NCBI GenBank assembly: GCA_020184695.1
Contig: JAANOX010000035.1
Location: 62,001 to 126,000 of the forward strand
Source of the DNA: Histomonas meleagridis 2922-C6/04-290x
Taxonomy: Eukaryota > Protista > Parabasalia
Direction of reading: 5' to 3'
DNA: 64,000 nt
The translations under genes were made by a program, and so were the position numbers. Below, piece by piece: positions 54,733 through 64,000 of this stretch. Position 1 is the stretch's first letter, and each line of letters starts with the position of its first letter. The notes under the pieces were generated by a model. That model was given only the letters and a program-made list of their open reading frames with translations. It ran no database searches and was not told the origin of the DNA.

Positions 54733-55227
54733 TTAGCGTTTTCCTTTGACTCCCTTTTTAGGTTCTTCAACAACCTTTGTATTCTGACAAACATGTTGGA
54801 GGTAAACATTTAGATCAAATGTGTCATCACTTTTTCCTGTTGCTTCCCTTATGAAATCGTTGATGAGATCGTCAGGAATTTCTTCCCCAACTTGTTGAAG
54901 CATCCATCTAAAATCTTCAGCGTGGTGTACTGATGACCCATTTTCTCTGTTTAGAATTTTTGCTTCACTTTGAAGCATCAAAATGAAATCATCTCTTGAT
55001 ATGAACTCTGTCCAAGCAAGGAGAGCTTTATCAACAGGTATGTAATCTTTGTTTTGGGGATTATATTTTTTGCGAAATGCTACTTCTTCATCGCCTTCAA
55101 GAATTATTCCAAAAACTGTTAGAAAATTCATTATATCTTCCCATGCAACATCGCGTAGATCACTTGATTTCAAAATTGCATCCATAGCTTTTCGAGCAAT
55201 GCTGCTTGTGTCAATCGAAACTTCCAT
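54733..55227 (-). CDS. Degenerate calmodulin-like EF-hand protein
   Basis: Four-helix-pair layout; FRWMLQQVGEEIPDDLINDFIREA...TFDLNVY parallels the calmodulin C-lobe (LGEKLTDEEVDEMIREA); canonical Ca ligands are mostly lost. Confidence 0.55.
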   Translation of the reverse strand: MEVSIDTSSIARKAMDAILKSSDLRDVAWEDIMNFLTVFGIILEGDEEVAFRKKYNPQNKDYIPVDKALLAWTEFISRDDFILMLQSEAKILNRENGSSVHHAEDFRWMLQQVGEEIPDDLINDFIREATGKSDDTFDLNVYLQHVCQNTKVVEEPKKGVKGKR

Positions 55228-55579
55228 CTCCAATAAAACACGTTTAGCAAAAAAACGTATTTTTACAACATCGTGCAACATAATTGATGATGATATTAAA
55301 ACAATTTTATAAGAATGTATATATGTCTTTTTTCATCATATAAAGAGGTTGGTTTTTAAAATCAATAAAATTAAATTTTGTCAACTAAATTTAAAAAGAT
55401 ATTTTTGAAACTTTTTTTAATTCTTATGTTTATCTTTTTACACAAAATTTTTTTTACTGCATTGCAAATAAATGACATGTATCAATATACAAAAATAATT
55501 TGGAATGAAGAAGATCCTCTATCTGAATCTTCAAATTTTAAAATAAAATATAAATAGATCTGTTTGAGTTTATTCGAAA

Positions 55580-55659
55580 GTTCATCTGGCCGAGTGGTCC
55601 AAGGCGCTAGTTTAAGGCACTAGTCCGAGAGGGCGTGGGTTCGAACCCCACGGTGAACA
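55580..55659 (+). tRNA. tRNA-Leu(AAG): tRNA-Leu (anticodon AAG)
   Basis: Acceptor GTTCATC/GGTGAAC plus discriminator A; D arm TGGCCGAGTGG; anticodon stem CTAGT-TTAAGGC-ACTAG; long variable arm; T arm GTGGG-TTCGAAC-CCCAC. Confidence 0.95.
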
Positions 55660-55665
55660 TTTTTT
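55660..55665 (+). terminator. Pol III terminator (T6)
   Basis: T6 run immediately after the tRNA discriminator base. Confidence 0.7.
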
Positions 55666-55783
55666 GGTTTTTTATTTTGCTCGTTAAAAAAAGTCGAACA
55701 GTCCGTAAAGTTATTTTTTGTGAAGTTTATGAAAACGCAAATTATTTTAATGGTTTACTCATGTAAACTTGGATTTTCCTTCT

Positions 55784-56989
55784 TTAGATAGTTACGTAGT
55801 CTGGGTGCATGTAACCAATAATGCCATTAACCTTAACATGGTACCAGCCATTGGATTTTGTTCCATCATATTCCATCTTTGTTCCCTTGTTAACAGATGT
55901 AAGGATTGTGGCAGATGTTGAACCAGATGATCTAACACGTACTCCGTTTGCATTGCAAGTGCATGTTCCGATGGATTTGAATGATGATCCGCTAGAAATT
56001 GAGACATAGTCTGGGTGCATGTAACCAATAATGCCATTAACCTTAACATGGTACCAGCCGTTGGATTTTGTTCCATCATATTCCATCTTTGTTCCCTTGT
56101 TAACAGATGTAAGGATTGTGGCAGATGTTGAACCAGATGATCTAACGCGAACGCCATCAGCTGTGCATGTGCATGTTCCGATGGATTTGAATGTAGTACT
56201 TGAAGAAATTGAAACATAGTCTGGGTGCATGTAACCGATAATTCCATTAACTCTTACATGGTACCAGCCGTTGGATTTAGTTCCGTCGTATTCCATCTTT
56301 GTTCCCTTGTTGACTGATGTAAGGATTGATGCTGATGTTGATCCGGATGATCTAACGCGAACGCCATCAGCTGTGCATGTGCATGTTCCGATGGATTTGA
56401 ATGTTTGTGATGGGGTACCTGTGTTAACATATCTTCTTGCTTGGAAGAATCCCTTTGAATGCTTGTATGTGAGTGTGTTCTTGAGTGTTGGACCCATTCC
56501 TGATCCGTGACCAAGTTGTTGTCCATTACCGATGTACATTTCGACATGTGCTGGTGTTCCTTGTCCGTAGAAGAGTAAGTCACCAGGCTTAAGCTTGGCC
56601 ATTTGTGCTGATGTAACACATCCACCAGTACCATCAACAACTTTTGTTCCGTAATTGATTTGTTCACCAGTCCATGAACCAACATAGATTCCGAAGTATC
56701 TTTCGTATAACTTCCAGCAGAAGGATGAGCAATCAGAATATCCTGGAACTGAGAAAACTTCTGTCCTCTTTGAGCTTTGGGTGTATCCAAGTGTTCCTTG
56801 AATGCTTAAACCATAGTTAATCATTGCTGTCATTTTTGCATCATTGTCATCATTTGAAACTGGAGTTACATATTGACGAGTCATATTATGATGACGGTGA
56901 TGGCGATGGTGACGGTGATGGTGGTGATGATGTGAATAATCATCGCGTAAGCTTAATGCTTCAACAGCGAGAAGAAGAAAAGCGAGCAT
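55784..56989 (-). CDS. Secreted NlpC/P60 peptidoglycan endopeptidase with three SH3b domains
   Basis: Signal MLAFLLLAVEALS; His-rich segment; catalytic DCSSF (Cys), HVEMY (His) and GHG; LKPGDLLFY; three VRVRSSGST...GWYHV.VNGIIGYMHPDYV SH3b units. First ATG is at 56989. Confidence 0.92.
   Translation of the reverse strand: MLAFLLLAVEALSLRDDYSHHHHHHRHHRHHRHHNMTRQYVTPVSNDDNDAKMTAMINYGLSIQGTLGYTQSSKRTEVFSVPGYSDCSSFCWKLYERYFGIYVGSWTGEQINYGTKVVDGTGGCVTSAQMAKLKPGDLLFYGQGTPAHVEMYIGNGQQLGHGSGMGPTLKNTLTYKHSKGFFQARRYVNTGTPSQTFKSIGTCTCTADGVRVRSSGSTSASILTSVNKGTKMEYDGTKSNGWYHVRVNGIIGYMHPDYVSISSSTTFKSIGTCTCTADGVRVRSSGSTSATILTSVNKGTKMEYDGTKSNGWYHVKVNGIIGYMHPDYVSISSGSSFKSIGTCTCNANGVRVRSSGSTSATILTSVNKGTKMEYDGTKSNGWYHVKVNGIIGYMHPDYVTI
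55787..56404 (-). repeat. Three 210-bp tandem SH3b-encoding repeats (last one 198 bp)
   Basis: CTGGGTGCATGTAACC recurs at 55801, 56011 and 56221. Confidence 0.9.
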
Positions 56990-57347
56990 CTTACTAATGT
57001 CAATTTGACAGCGAAACTTTTTCAATATGCATATTTCAATTAATCAATTGACTAAAATAAAACCGTTTTTATTGTTGAAACCAAAATTTTGAATGTGTTA
57101 CCGTCATTGAATTTAAATTTACAGTTAATTGAATAACAAACAATGGCCGTATAAAATCATCCAAACCATATTACACTATATTCGTCAATACATGAACGTA
57201 TAGCAATTAAAATTGTTTAAATTTTAATTAACTGTTGATATATCAAATGCAATCTAAAAAAAAATTTCATTAATGAAAATGAGAAATTACAAACGACTTA
57301 AAAATAATTTATACATTAACCGATTTACATTATTACATTTCCTTAAA

Positions 57348-60300
57348 TTAATTTTCACTCACAGAATTATCATCGAATTCCATTCTTGGCGCTCTTTCTC
57401 TTGGGTGCACCAAATATGTCATCTGCAAGCCCTTTCCTTTCAGTTCTATTTTACCTCTTTGTTCTATGTCCAAGTCCTCATTACACACCAGCTCATAAGT
57501 ACCCTGTGATATCTGTACCAGTCCTGGAATGTCAGTGCTTTGTAATCTTGCAGCAACATTTATCGGGTCGCCAATAATATCGAACAATGGCTTATCAGTC
57601 CCCAACACTCCAGCAATCAAAGGGCCTCCAGTATTAATGCCGACTCTGACTTGTAGACTTGCATCCAATTGATCGTTTAGGTCTTCGATAACATTTAAAC
57701 AATCCAAAGCAAACTTAATGACTTGCATTGCATGTTGATTTGGTTGTACGTCAGGACTAAACAAACCAGCAGCTGCCATATAGTCATCGCCGATTAATTT
57801 AATCTTTAGTATTAAATCATAATTCTTAATTAATGTATCATAAGCAGTAAATATCATTCCTAAGTTGTTCATGATTTGTGACGCTGATAAAGATTTCGAA
57901 TATTCGGAAAACTTTTCGATATCAATGAATAAGATAGTTGACGATTGGACTGTGAATGAGATATCTTTATCACCTCTATTTAATCTTGTGATTATATCTT
58001 TCGGTAATATTTGTAATAATAAGTTATCACTGTTCTTTTTGGCTTCTTCAACTTGTTGCTTTTGTTTAACTTCTTGCGTTTGATCTTGACACATTATACC
58101 AAATGAATTCGCAACTTTCAAATTGTTATTAGATGTAAATCCTAATAATGTAATCTTTAATGGTATTTCTGTTTGATCATCTCTTGTACCGATTAAATGT
58201 GATTCATAAGTTAATCCACATTGACCACTTTTCATTAAGTCCATTGTATAAAATAAATGCGAATTTTCTTTTGTATCTGAAGGGAATAATATCTTAAGAT
58301 TTTGCCCTAACATTTGTTCAGGTGTATAACCAAATATTAATGAAGCTGAAGGATTTAATGATTCGATAATACCTTCAGAATTTAATGAGATAATAGCATT
58401 ATTTGATGTTTGGAAAATTGCATGTGATGCACTAATAATTGTTTGTGTTGTGTTTTGTTCTTTTCCATATATAAATGATACTAATTGTGGATAAGATACA
58501 AATGAAATTGGATCAATTCGTGCAATAACTGATTTAAATGTTTCATATAATTTACCGATACGTATTATCACAAGGATTTCAATTATAAATGATATTAATG
58601 ATAATACTATAGTTATAACTATTAAAACAATTATAATAATATGAAATCCTGAAATAGTATCATCATAAAGTGTTTCGAAATGATTCATAATTTGTTTAAA
58701 GCCATCAGAGACACGCGTATTAAGTATATGTAATATTGTAGGTAAATATGACGTAGATATATCTAATGTTGTATCATTTGAATATATTTCAGTATGAATT
58801 AAACTCATTAAATATGAAATCACATTTTCGAATGCTAAACATTGATAAAAATCTGATTGACATTGCGTTTCATTAAAGTCATCACAAATAGGTTTAAATC
58901 GTAATTCATCAAGTGTATCATCAAAGCCTACTGACGTTGGTAATTCATCATAACCTACATTTAATATTAATGTTAAATCATTAAACTGTTCTAAACCACT
59001 TTTGACAAGTTCTAGATCCGATTCAATCGAAAGGAAATCAATACTAAATCCATCTTTAGCTTCTTTAAGGATCATATAATATTCAAGTTGTCTAGAAGTA
59101 GTATATATATTATTTCGTATAGCAGAATATAATACATAATATTCTAAAATGTTTTCGACTTTAGTACGTACAGTACCAGAATAAATAATTCCAATTATTA
59201 TCAATATAATTGTAATTAATGAAGTCAGAAAATTAATTGTCCAACTTGGTATTGATCCTCCACTTGCATCTAATGCTATATGATTACTTTTATCTTTAGT
59301 TTGATTATTTAATAATGCACCTGATTGAATAAGTTCACTAGCTTTAAGACATTCATTACGTGGTAAACTTTTTAGTAATTGGATAATTGAATAACATTCG
59401 AGTTCAATACTAATTGAAGAAAATACTATTGAAGGAATCACACAAAATAATATAAAACATGGAGAAAATGATAATAAAAATCGATATGGAACATCAAACG
59501 TAGCTAATTGACTTAATATGACACTATCTTCAGTACCATTAGTTAAATCTGATTCATATGAAATATAATATTTATCTTTATAATATTCAGATAATTTCGA
59601 TGATAATAAAGTAGAAACAGAATTAACTAAGTTTAAGACACTACTTCCTGCATTATATGCTTCACAAAACTCAATACTTGCATGTCCCCAATTTTTTCTT
59701 GTTTCATAATCATCTTGAGTTAATGATTTAACCATTAATAAATAAACTCTTAATAAATAATTAAATCCAATTTTTTCTGTATCATTATTATCAATTATTT
59801 CAAGTTTATTATTATCGGGATTAACTTGACATAAAATTGTTTGTATTGAAGTTTCATGATAAAGTTGTAAGAAATAAGTTAATTGTTGATATTTTTCGGA
59901 TTCTAATTCATAAAGATGTGTACTTAAATCATTAATAGCTGTTAATGCTATATCAGATATATTTGAAAGTGTTATACCTAACGTAGAATTCATATTTACA
60001 TATGAATGAAGATGATTAACTTCATTATTTTCAACAATGTTAATTATTTTTTGATAATTCATTTCGCCATTAGTAATACCTTCATATAAAAACCAAGGGA
60101 ATTGTAATGCCATTACATTTAATGGATGTTCAATAGCTTCGAATTCACATTTAACAGAAAACACTTCTTTAGCTTTATTAAATAATGTTGATAAATATAT
60201 AAAAGCAAATAATACATAAGCAATAGATAAAACTAATCGAATAACTGAAGAAAAACGAATTTTCGAAACAACAACTGAATTAGTTTCATCAATTGCTTTT

Positions 60301-62270
60301 TGTAATGTAATTCGTAATGAAGCTTGAGGTATAACTTTGCTAAATGATTCTAAATCAATTTCAGTTCCATCGTCATCATTAGATGTTGATGTTAATGAAG
60401 TTCTTGAGTCACTTAATGTCGAATTATTATTTGAATTATTTGTTACTGTCATTAAAGTTGAAGTATTCGATGAAACTTCTTGTGATCGATAAACGCTTTT
60501 ATTATGTTGTAATACACCATCGGCTGTAATTAAACCTTTTTTAAGATATAATGGAAATGCTCTTACGAAATGTTGGAATACTTTATCATGTGAAGCACTA
60601 TAACCTTCTTCAAGTTTAGATGCAAGTTCATATATCTTTGCTGCTTCTTTAAATCGACATTTACATTCGATTAAGAACTTACAATATTCTTTAAAGAAGC
60701 GCGGATTGTTTGGATATTTTTCTAAATAAACATTCCAATTTGATTCTGATGCAGTACGAATTTTGTCAAGTGATATAAAGTCATTAATTGTAATTTTGTA
60801 ATTAGGATTTGCAATGTCCTTCCAAAACTTACAAAATGATGTAATGGCTTGATTGTTTTGTTTGGAGATCTTATCAAAATCTCGACTTGCTTCATGTGAT
60901 GTAGATGTCTGACGTAAAACATGAATTCGATGCGCTTGAAAGAAAATTGCTGCGTTCTCAATCGATAATGTTGTTTTCCTTGATAATGTTGTTGTTAATG
61001 AATGTAAAAATTGATCTTCAGAAGGAATAAGTGAAACTAGTCGATATATAAATATTAATATATCATTATTCGCATCAAAAAGATCTACAAAAACTCGGAA
61101 AAGTGTCCAATCTATAAATAAATCACACATTCGTTCAAGTCCGATTTGACAGTACATGAACCCTTTAAGCCGTGTGTCAATATTAAGACCAAAAATATAT
61201 TCACATTTGACTGCATCAGTAATGACTTCTTCTTCTGATACAGATGAAAGAAGTAACGATTTCACAACGGTTTTTTGGCGGTTTGATAAAATAAACCAAT
61301 AAACTATGACACCAATTATCAACACGATGACTGAAATTAATGGTTTAAACCAAAAATCTTTGTTGATTGAAACTTCGACAATTGAGACAATACAGGAAAT
61401 AATGGTAGAAGCTAAGCCTCCACATGAGATTGCATTCATAATGATTCCTTTAAATGGAAAGAACAAAAAACGATATGTCGCAAAGACTGAAAGAGCAATA
61501 ACCACAAGAAATGGAATAATTCTTAAAATGTTGTTAAATGTTTTGAATAATACAAACAATCCAGGAGGAATACCAAATAAAATAACATAAATAAATACAT
61601 CCTTGGGATGCCAGAGCATGATTGGTGTGTTAGGTAGGTATAACGAACTGGAAAATAAAGGTAAAATAAAATATGAATGCCAAATAGTATAAATTGCACC
61701 AATAGCAGCAAAAATAACACAAATGACCCAAATGGTGCCATTTTCGGTAAAGATACCAAGTCCTGAAAATATCATAATGATATTTGGAATAATAAAAATT
61801 CCGAAAAGATGCCCATGCCAATTACGCAAAATGCTTAAATGAATGTTAGCGAATTTTAGGTTTGAGAAATGTCCTACAACTTTTGCCACAAAAATAATAC
61901 ACGTAAGAAGATCAATTACTACAAGCGCTATGATGAATGGAAGATGTCTACTGTAATCACCTACAAAGCCAATATATATCACTTGATAAAATATACCAAA
62001 TCCATTGTCTGGAATGTCTTTAAAGCTAATTAATCCTGATAATAAAATTTGAAGAAATATAAAAATGTATTCTATTAAGCGTACAATGGTCCCTACTTCA
62101 ACCGTTCTTCCGGCTTCTGCTATAACTGGAAAGATATCTAATTCGAAGATGTTTCTTGAACGAGATTGATTTGTTGTTGTTCGAGAATCAAAGGTAAGTG
62201 AAAGCTGTCTCCCATTTGTTGATGAACTTGGTAGTGAGGATGCATTTACCGAATGTTGAACACTCGACAT
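57348..62270 (-). CDS. Transmembrane adenylate/guanylate cyclase with PAS domain
   Basis: Multiple N-terminal TMs; PAS (NAIISLNSEGIIESLNPSASLIFGYTPEQMLGQNL); class III cyclase core FIDIEKFS, KIKLIGDDYMAA, VRVGINTG, FDIIGDPINVAARLQS. Confidence 0.93.
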   Translation of the reverse strand: MSSVQHSVNASSLPSSSTNGRQLSLTFDSRTTTNQSRSRNIFELDIFPVIAEAGRTVEVGTIVRLIEYIFIFLQILLSGLISFKDIPDNGFGIFYQVIYIGFVGDYSRHLPFIIALVVIDLLTCIIFVAKVVGHFSNLKFANIHLSILRNWHGHLFGIFIIPNIIMIFSGLGIFTENGTIWVICVIFAAIGAIYTIWHSYFILPLFSSSLYLPNTPIMLWHPKDVFIYVILFGIPPGLFVLFKTFNNILRIIPFLVVIALSVFATYRFLFFPFKGIIMNAISCGGLASTIISCIVSIVEVSINKDFWFKPLISVIVLIIGVIVYWFILSNRQKTVVKSLLLSSVSEEEVITDAVKCEYIFGLNIDTRLKGFMYCQIGLERMCDLFIDWTLFRVFVDLFDANNDILIFIYRLVSLIPSEDQFLHSLTTTLSRKTTLSIENAAIFFQAHRIHVLRQTSTSHEASRDFDKISKQNNQAITSFCKFWKDIANPNYKITINDFISLDKIRTASESNWNVYLEKYPNNPRFFKEYCKFLIECKCRFKEAAKIYELASKLEEGYSASHDKVFQHFVRAFPLYLKKGLITADGVLQHNKSVYRSQEVSSNTSTLMTVTNNSNNNSTLSDSRTSLTSTSNDDDGTEIDLESFSKVIPQASLRITLQKAIDETNSVVVSKIRFSSVIRLVLSIAYVLFAFIYLSTLFNKAKEVFSVKCEFEAIEHPLNVMALQFPWFLYEGITNGEMNYQKIINIVENNEVNHLHSYVNMNSTLGITLSNISDIALTAINDLSTHLYELESEKYQQLTYFLQLYHETSIQTILCQVNPDNNKLEIIDNNDTEKIGFNYLLRVYLLMVKSLTQDDYETRKNWGHASIEFCEAYNAGSSVLNLVNSVSTLLSSKLSEYYKDKYYISYESDLTNGTEDSVILSQLATFDVPYRFLLSFSPCFILFCVIPSIVFSSISIELECYSIIQLLKSLPRNECLKASELIQSGALLNNQTKDKSNHIALDASGGSIPSWTINFLTSLITIILIIIGIIYSGTVRTKVENILEYYVLYSAIRNNIYTTSRQLEYYMILKEAKDGFSIDFLSIESDLELVKSGLEQFNDLTLILNVGYDELPTSVGFDDTLDELRFKPICDDFNETQCQSDFYQCLAFENVISYLMSLIHTEIYSNDTTLDISTSYLPTILHILNTRVSDGFKQIMNHFETLYDDTISGFHIIIIVLIVITIVLSLISFIIEILVIIRIGKLYETFKSVIARIDPISFVSYPQLVSFIYGKEQNTTQTIISASHAIFQTSNNAIISLNSEGIIESLNPSASLIFGYTPEQMLGQNLKILFPSDTKENSHLFYTMDLMKSGQCGLTYESHLIGTRDDQTEIPLKITLLGFTSNNNLKVANSFGIMCQDQTQEVKQKQQVEEAKKNSDNLLLQILPKDIITRLNRGDKDISFTVQSSTILFIDIEKFSEYSKSLSASQIMNNLGMIFTAYDTLIKNYDLILKIKLIGDDYMAAAGLFSPDVQPNQHAMQVIKFALDCLNVIEDLNDQLDASLQVRVGINTGGPLIAGVLGTDKPLFDIIGDPINVAARLQSTDIPGLVQISQGTYELVCNEDLDIEQRGKIELKGKGLQMTYLVHPRERAPRMEFDDNSVSEN

Positions 62271-62912
62271 ATTTCCGTTATTTTTTCTGACATTTGTTGT
62301 GAAAAGAATGTAAACTTATGAAATTTGGTTTTATATAACTTTTTGAATTTAGTTTTGGCTGTTTTCAAGTCTGTCACTTGTTCAGAACTTTTCAATTTGA
62401 ATTGCAACCCCCAAATAATTGGAACCGTTTCTTATCAAAAACCCAAAATTTGAGAAGTCATACAAAATTCCAAAATATACAAACCTGACACCTAAACGTT
62501 TTTTTTTTTTTTAAATTAAATTTTTACTCATTGCAAACGAAATTTGTGTATAAAATATTTCGCAATGATAAAATTTTATCATACTCTGAGATAAAATGAA
62601 TATAAATTAGGAATATGTAAGATAAAATAAAACCTTAGATAGGCAGCAATAATTTTCGTAAAAAAATTAAATTTTGATAATTAAACAATAATACTTAAAA
62701 GAAATGCGGACATTAATTTATCGAAGCCCATTTTATGACAATGTTTATCGAATATATAAATAATAAAATATGAAATTTATAAAAAATTATTTTGAAAAAT
62801 AATGAAATCAAATTATATACTACAAACACTTAGTATTCACTAAGTAAAAGTTATACAATAATATCTGTTTTAAAATTCAATAATATTTTTTTGAAAATAA
62901 TTGATTTTTTTT

Positions 62913-63281
62913 TTACTTAGGAACTTGGTTATAAACCTTTGCAACTATTCTCCATTCATTGTTCATTTTAACCAGCATTAAATAATCGGAGAAATCATGA
63001 CCTGCCCAATTATCTTCAAGAACGCGTGCAAGTGCAACAGTTCCATCAATAAAAACAACATCGACGCGTGATCTATAACCTTCAGGTGCACCTACTTCAT
63101 TAATATTGTTGTATAAGTTTTGAATAGATCCTTGTTCAAGTTTTCCATCGAGGAAACCAAACATAACTGCGTTATCAAGGAAGACTGGTTGGCATATTTC
63201 TGGTTTACCACTACCAACTGCATCTGCAAACTTTTGGGCTGCTTCTTGAACTGCATTGAAATCGTCGATTGATGCTCTCAT
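62913..63281 (-). CDS. NTF2-like (SnoaL/putative lumazine-binding type) small protein of bacterial type
   Basis: N-terminal helix, F...A.MFG, VDVVFIDGTVALARV, FSDYLMLVKMNNEWRIVAKVY signature. Confidence 0.75.
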   Translation of the reverse strand: MRASIDDFNAVQEAAQKFADAVGSGKPEICQPVFLDNAVMFGFLDGKLEQGSIQNLYNNINEVGAPEGYRSRVDVVFIDGTVALARVLEDNWAGHDFSDYLMLVKMNNEWRIVAKVYNQVPK

Positions 63282-63708
63282 GTCAATTATATATGTGAAG
63301 TCAACAACATTTCACCTTTTTTGAGGCACCAAAAATGAAGTATACGATAATTTTTTCATTTGTTTATTCGAAAAATGCAGCACGATAGCTTGTTGTAAAG
63401 TTAATAACGGTTGCTGTCAATAGCATTTAAACAATATTGTAAACAATAGAAAAATGTCGGTTCAAAGCAACAAAAAAAATTCGATTGGGCCTAATACTGA
63501 GTCTTTTTAAATGATAAACGAACTTTCCTGATTAAGCTTGTTTGGCTACAAATTCAATTTGAAGCTTATCATGTCATAAAAAATAATTGATCTTATCAAA
63601 CAAAATAATAAAAAAGTTCGTTATTTGTATCAATGTAGAAAATTCATATTGTGTTTAAGTAACTTTTTCTGTTTATTTTTATCGTTGCCTAATGTGCTAA
63701 AAGTGCCA

Positions 63709-64000
63709 ATGGATGTTCAATGCATTTCTGGCGCTTACGTTGATTATAGGTTTAATTCAGATCATCCAAATATCTCAAGAGTATTTGCCAATGCGAACTT
63801 AGATCTTGGAATTAATCATTGGGGGTTTCGGTATTGGAATCCAAATTTTGGAGACATATCACGTTACAAACTATGCAAATGGATTGGCGATGGCCGCTAT
63901 TCCGATGTGTTTGTTGCACTCCAAGATGATTCCAAAGAATGTGTAGTTAAAATTCTTAAACCAGTTAACACTGATCGTGTACGTCGTGAACTCAAAATTC
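63709..64000 (+). CDS. Casein kinase II alpha-like kinase, 5' part (runs off the window end; not in the ORF track)
   Basis: Manual translation: ...ISRVFANANLDLGINHWGFRYWNPNFGDISRYKLCKWIGDGRYSDVF...CVVKILKPVNTDRVRRELKI, collinear with CK2-alpha SRARVYADVN...GRGKYSEVF...VVKILKPVKKKKIKREIKI. Confidence 0.8.
   Translation, partial: MDVQCISGAYVDYRFNSDHPNISRVFANANLDLGINHWGFRYWNPNFGDISRYKLCKWIGDGRYSDVFVALQDDSKECVVKILKPVNTDRVRRELKI

Noticed and set aside
4576-61821. The many short overlapping or antisense ORFs in the track (e.g. 7830-8090, 10862-11320, 12835-13158, 32810-33358, 49704-50297, 55792-56247)
   Set aside because: They are shadows of real genes or of their repeats and low-complexity tracts, with no independent motifs.
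55784-63281. Bacterial contamination or chimeric contig explaining the NlpC/P60 and NTF2-like genes
   Set aside because: They are interleaved with a eukaryotic tRNA (with Pol III terminator), a parabasalid-type cyclase and CK2, and have host-like AT-rich flanks with no operon or RBS structure.
1-64000. CRISPR arrays, rRNA, retroelement or Maverick genes
   Set aside because: No repeat-spacer array, rRNA signature, reverse transcriptase, integrase or polB motifs were seen.

Overview
AT-rich, gene-dense, apparently intron-free eukaryotic DNA from a parabasalid (trichomonad-type) protist. This assignment is inferred from TCAYT-type initiators just upstream of many ATGs, BspA-like LRR genes, an IBP39-type domain, a PAS/transmembrane nucleotide cyclase and an NlpC/P60-SH3b hydrolase; the species cannot be fixed from sequence alone. 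The window holds about 35 protein genes. Recognisable ones include cytosolic MDH and a CK2-alpha-like kinase (both cut by the window edges and missing from the ORF track), POC1, DZIP1-like, TAF13-like, ARPC1, SLU7, actin, Nup54-like, importin-beta family, RhoGAP, TMEM62-like and tri-ubiquitin. It also holds a tRNA-Leu(AAG), a 1.28 kb mariner element with perfect 24-bp TIRs and a DD31D transposase broken by two A-run frameshifts, two disrupted BspA genes, a damaged actin copy and a zone of fused gene relics at 23.6-26.6 kb. The most unusual signals are: (i) three short frameshifting insertions in the two BspA genes, each creating a perfect palindrome and explicable by fold-back copying of adjacent bases; (ii) a Tudor-knot-like domain fused to an IBP39 C-domain without the Inr-binding domain; (iii) a GC-rich, multi-hairpin intergenic island at 16.2 kb; (iv) a GPI-signal-like C-terminus; (v) bacterial-type genes (NlpC/P60 with 3 SH3b domains, NTF2-like protein); (vi) a strand-oriented AACSGY motif upstream of about 11 start codons. 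All family calls come from motif recognition by eye, without database searches.
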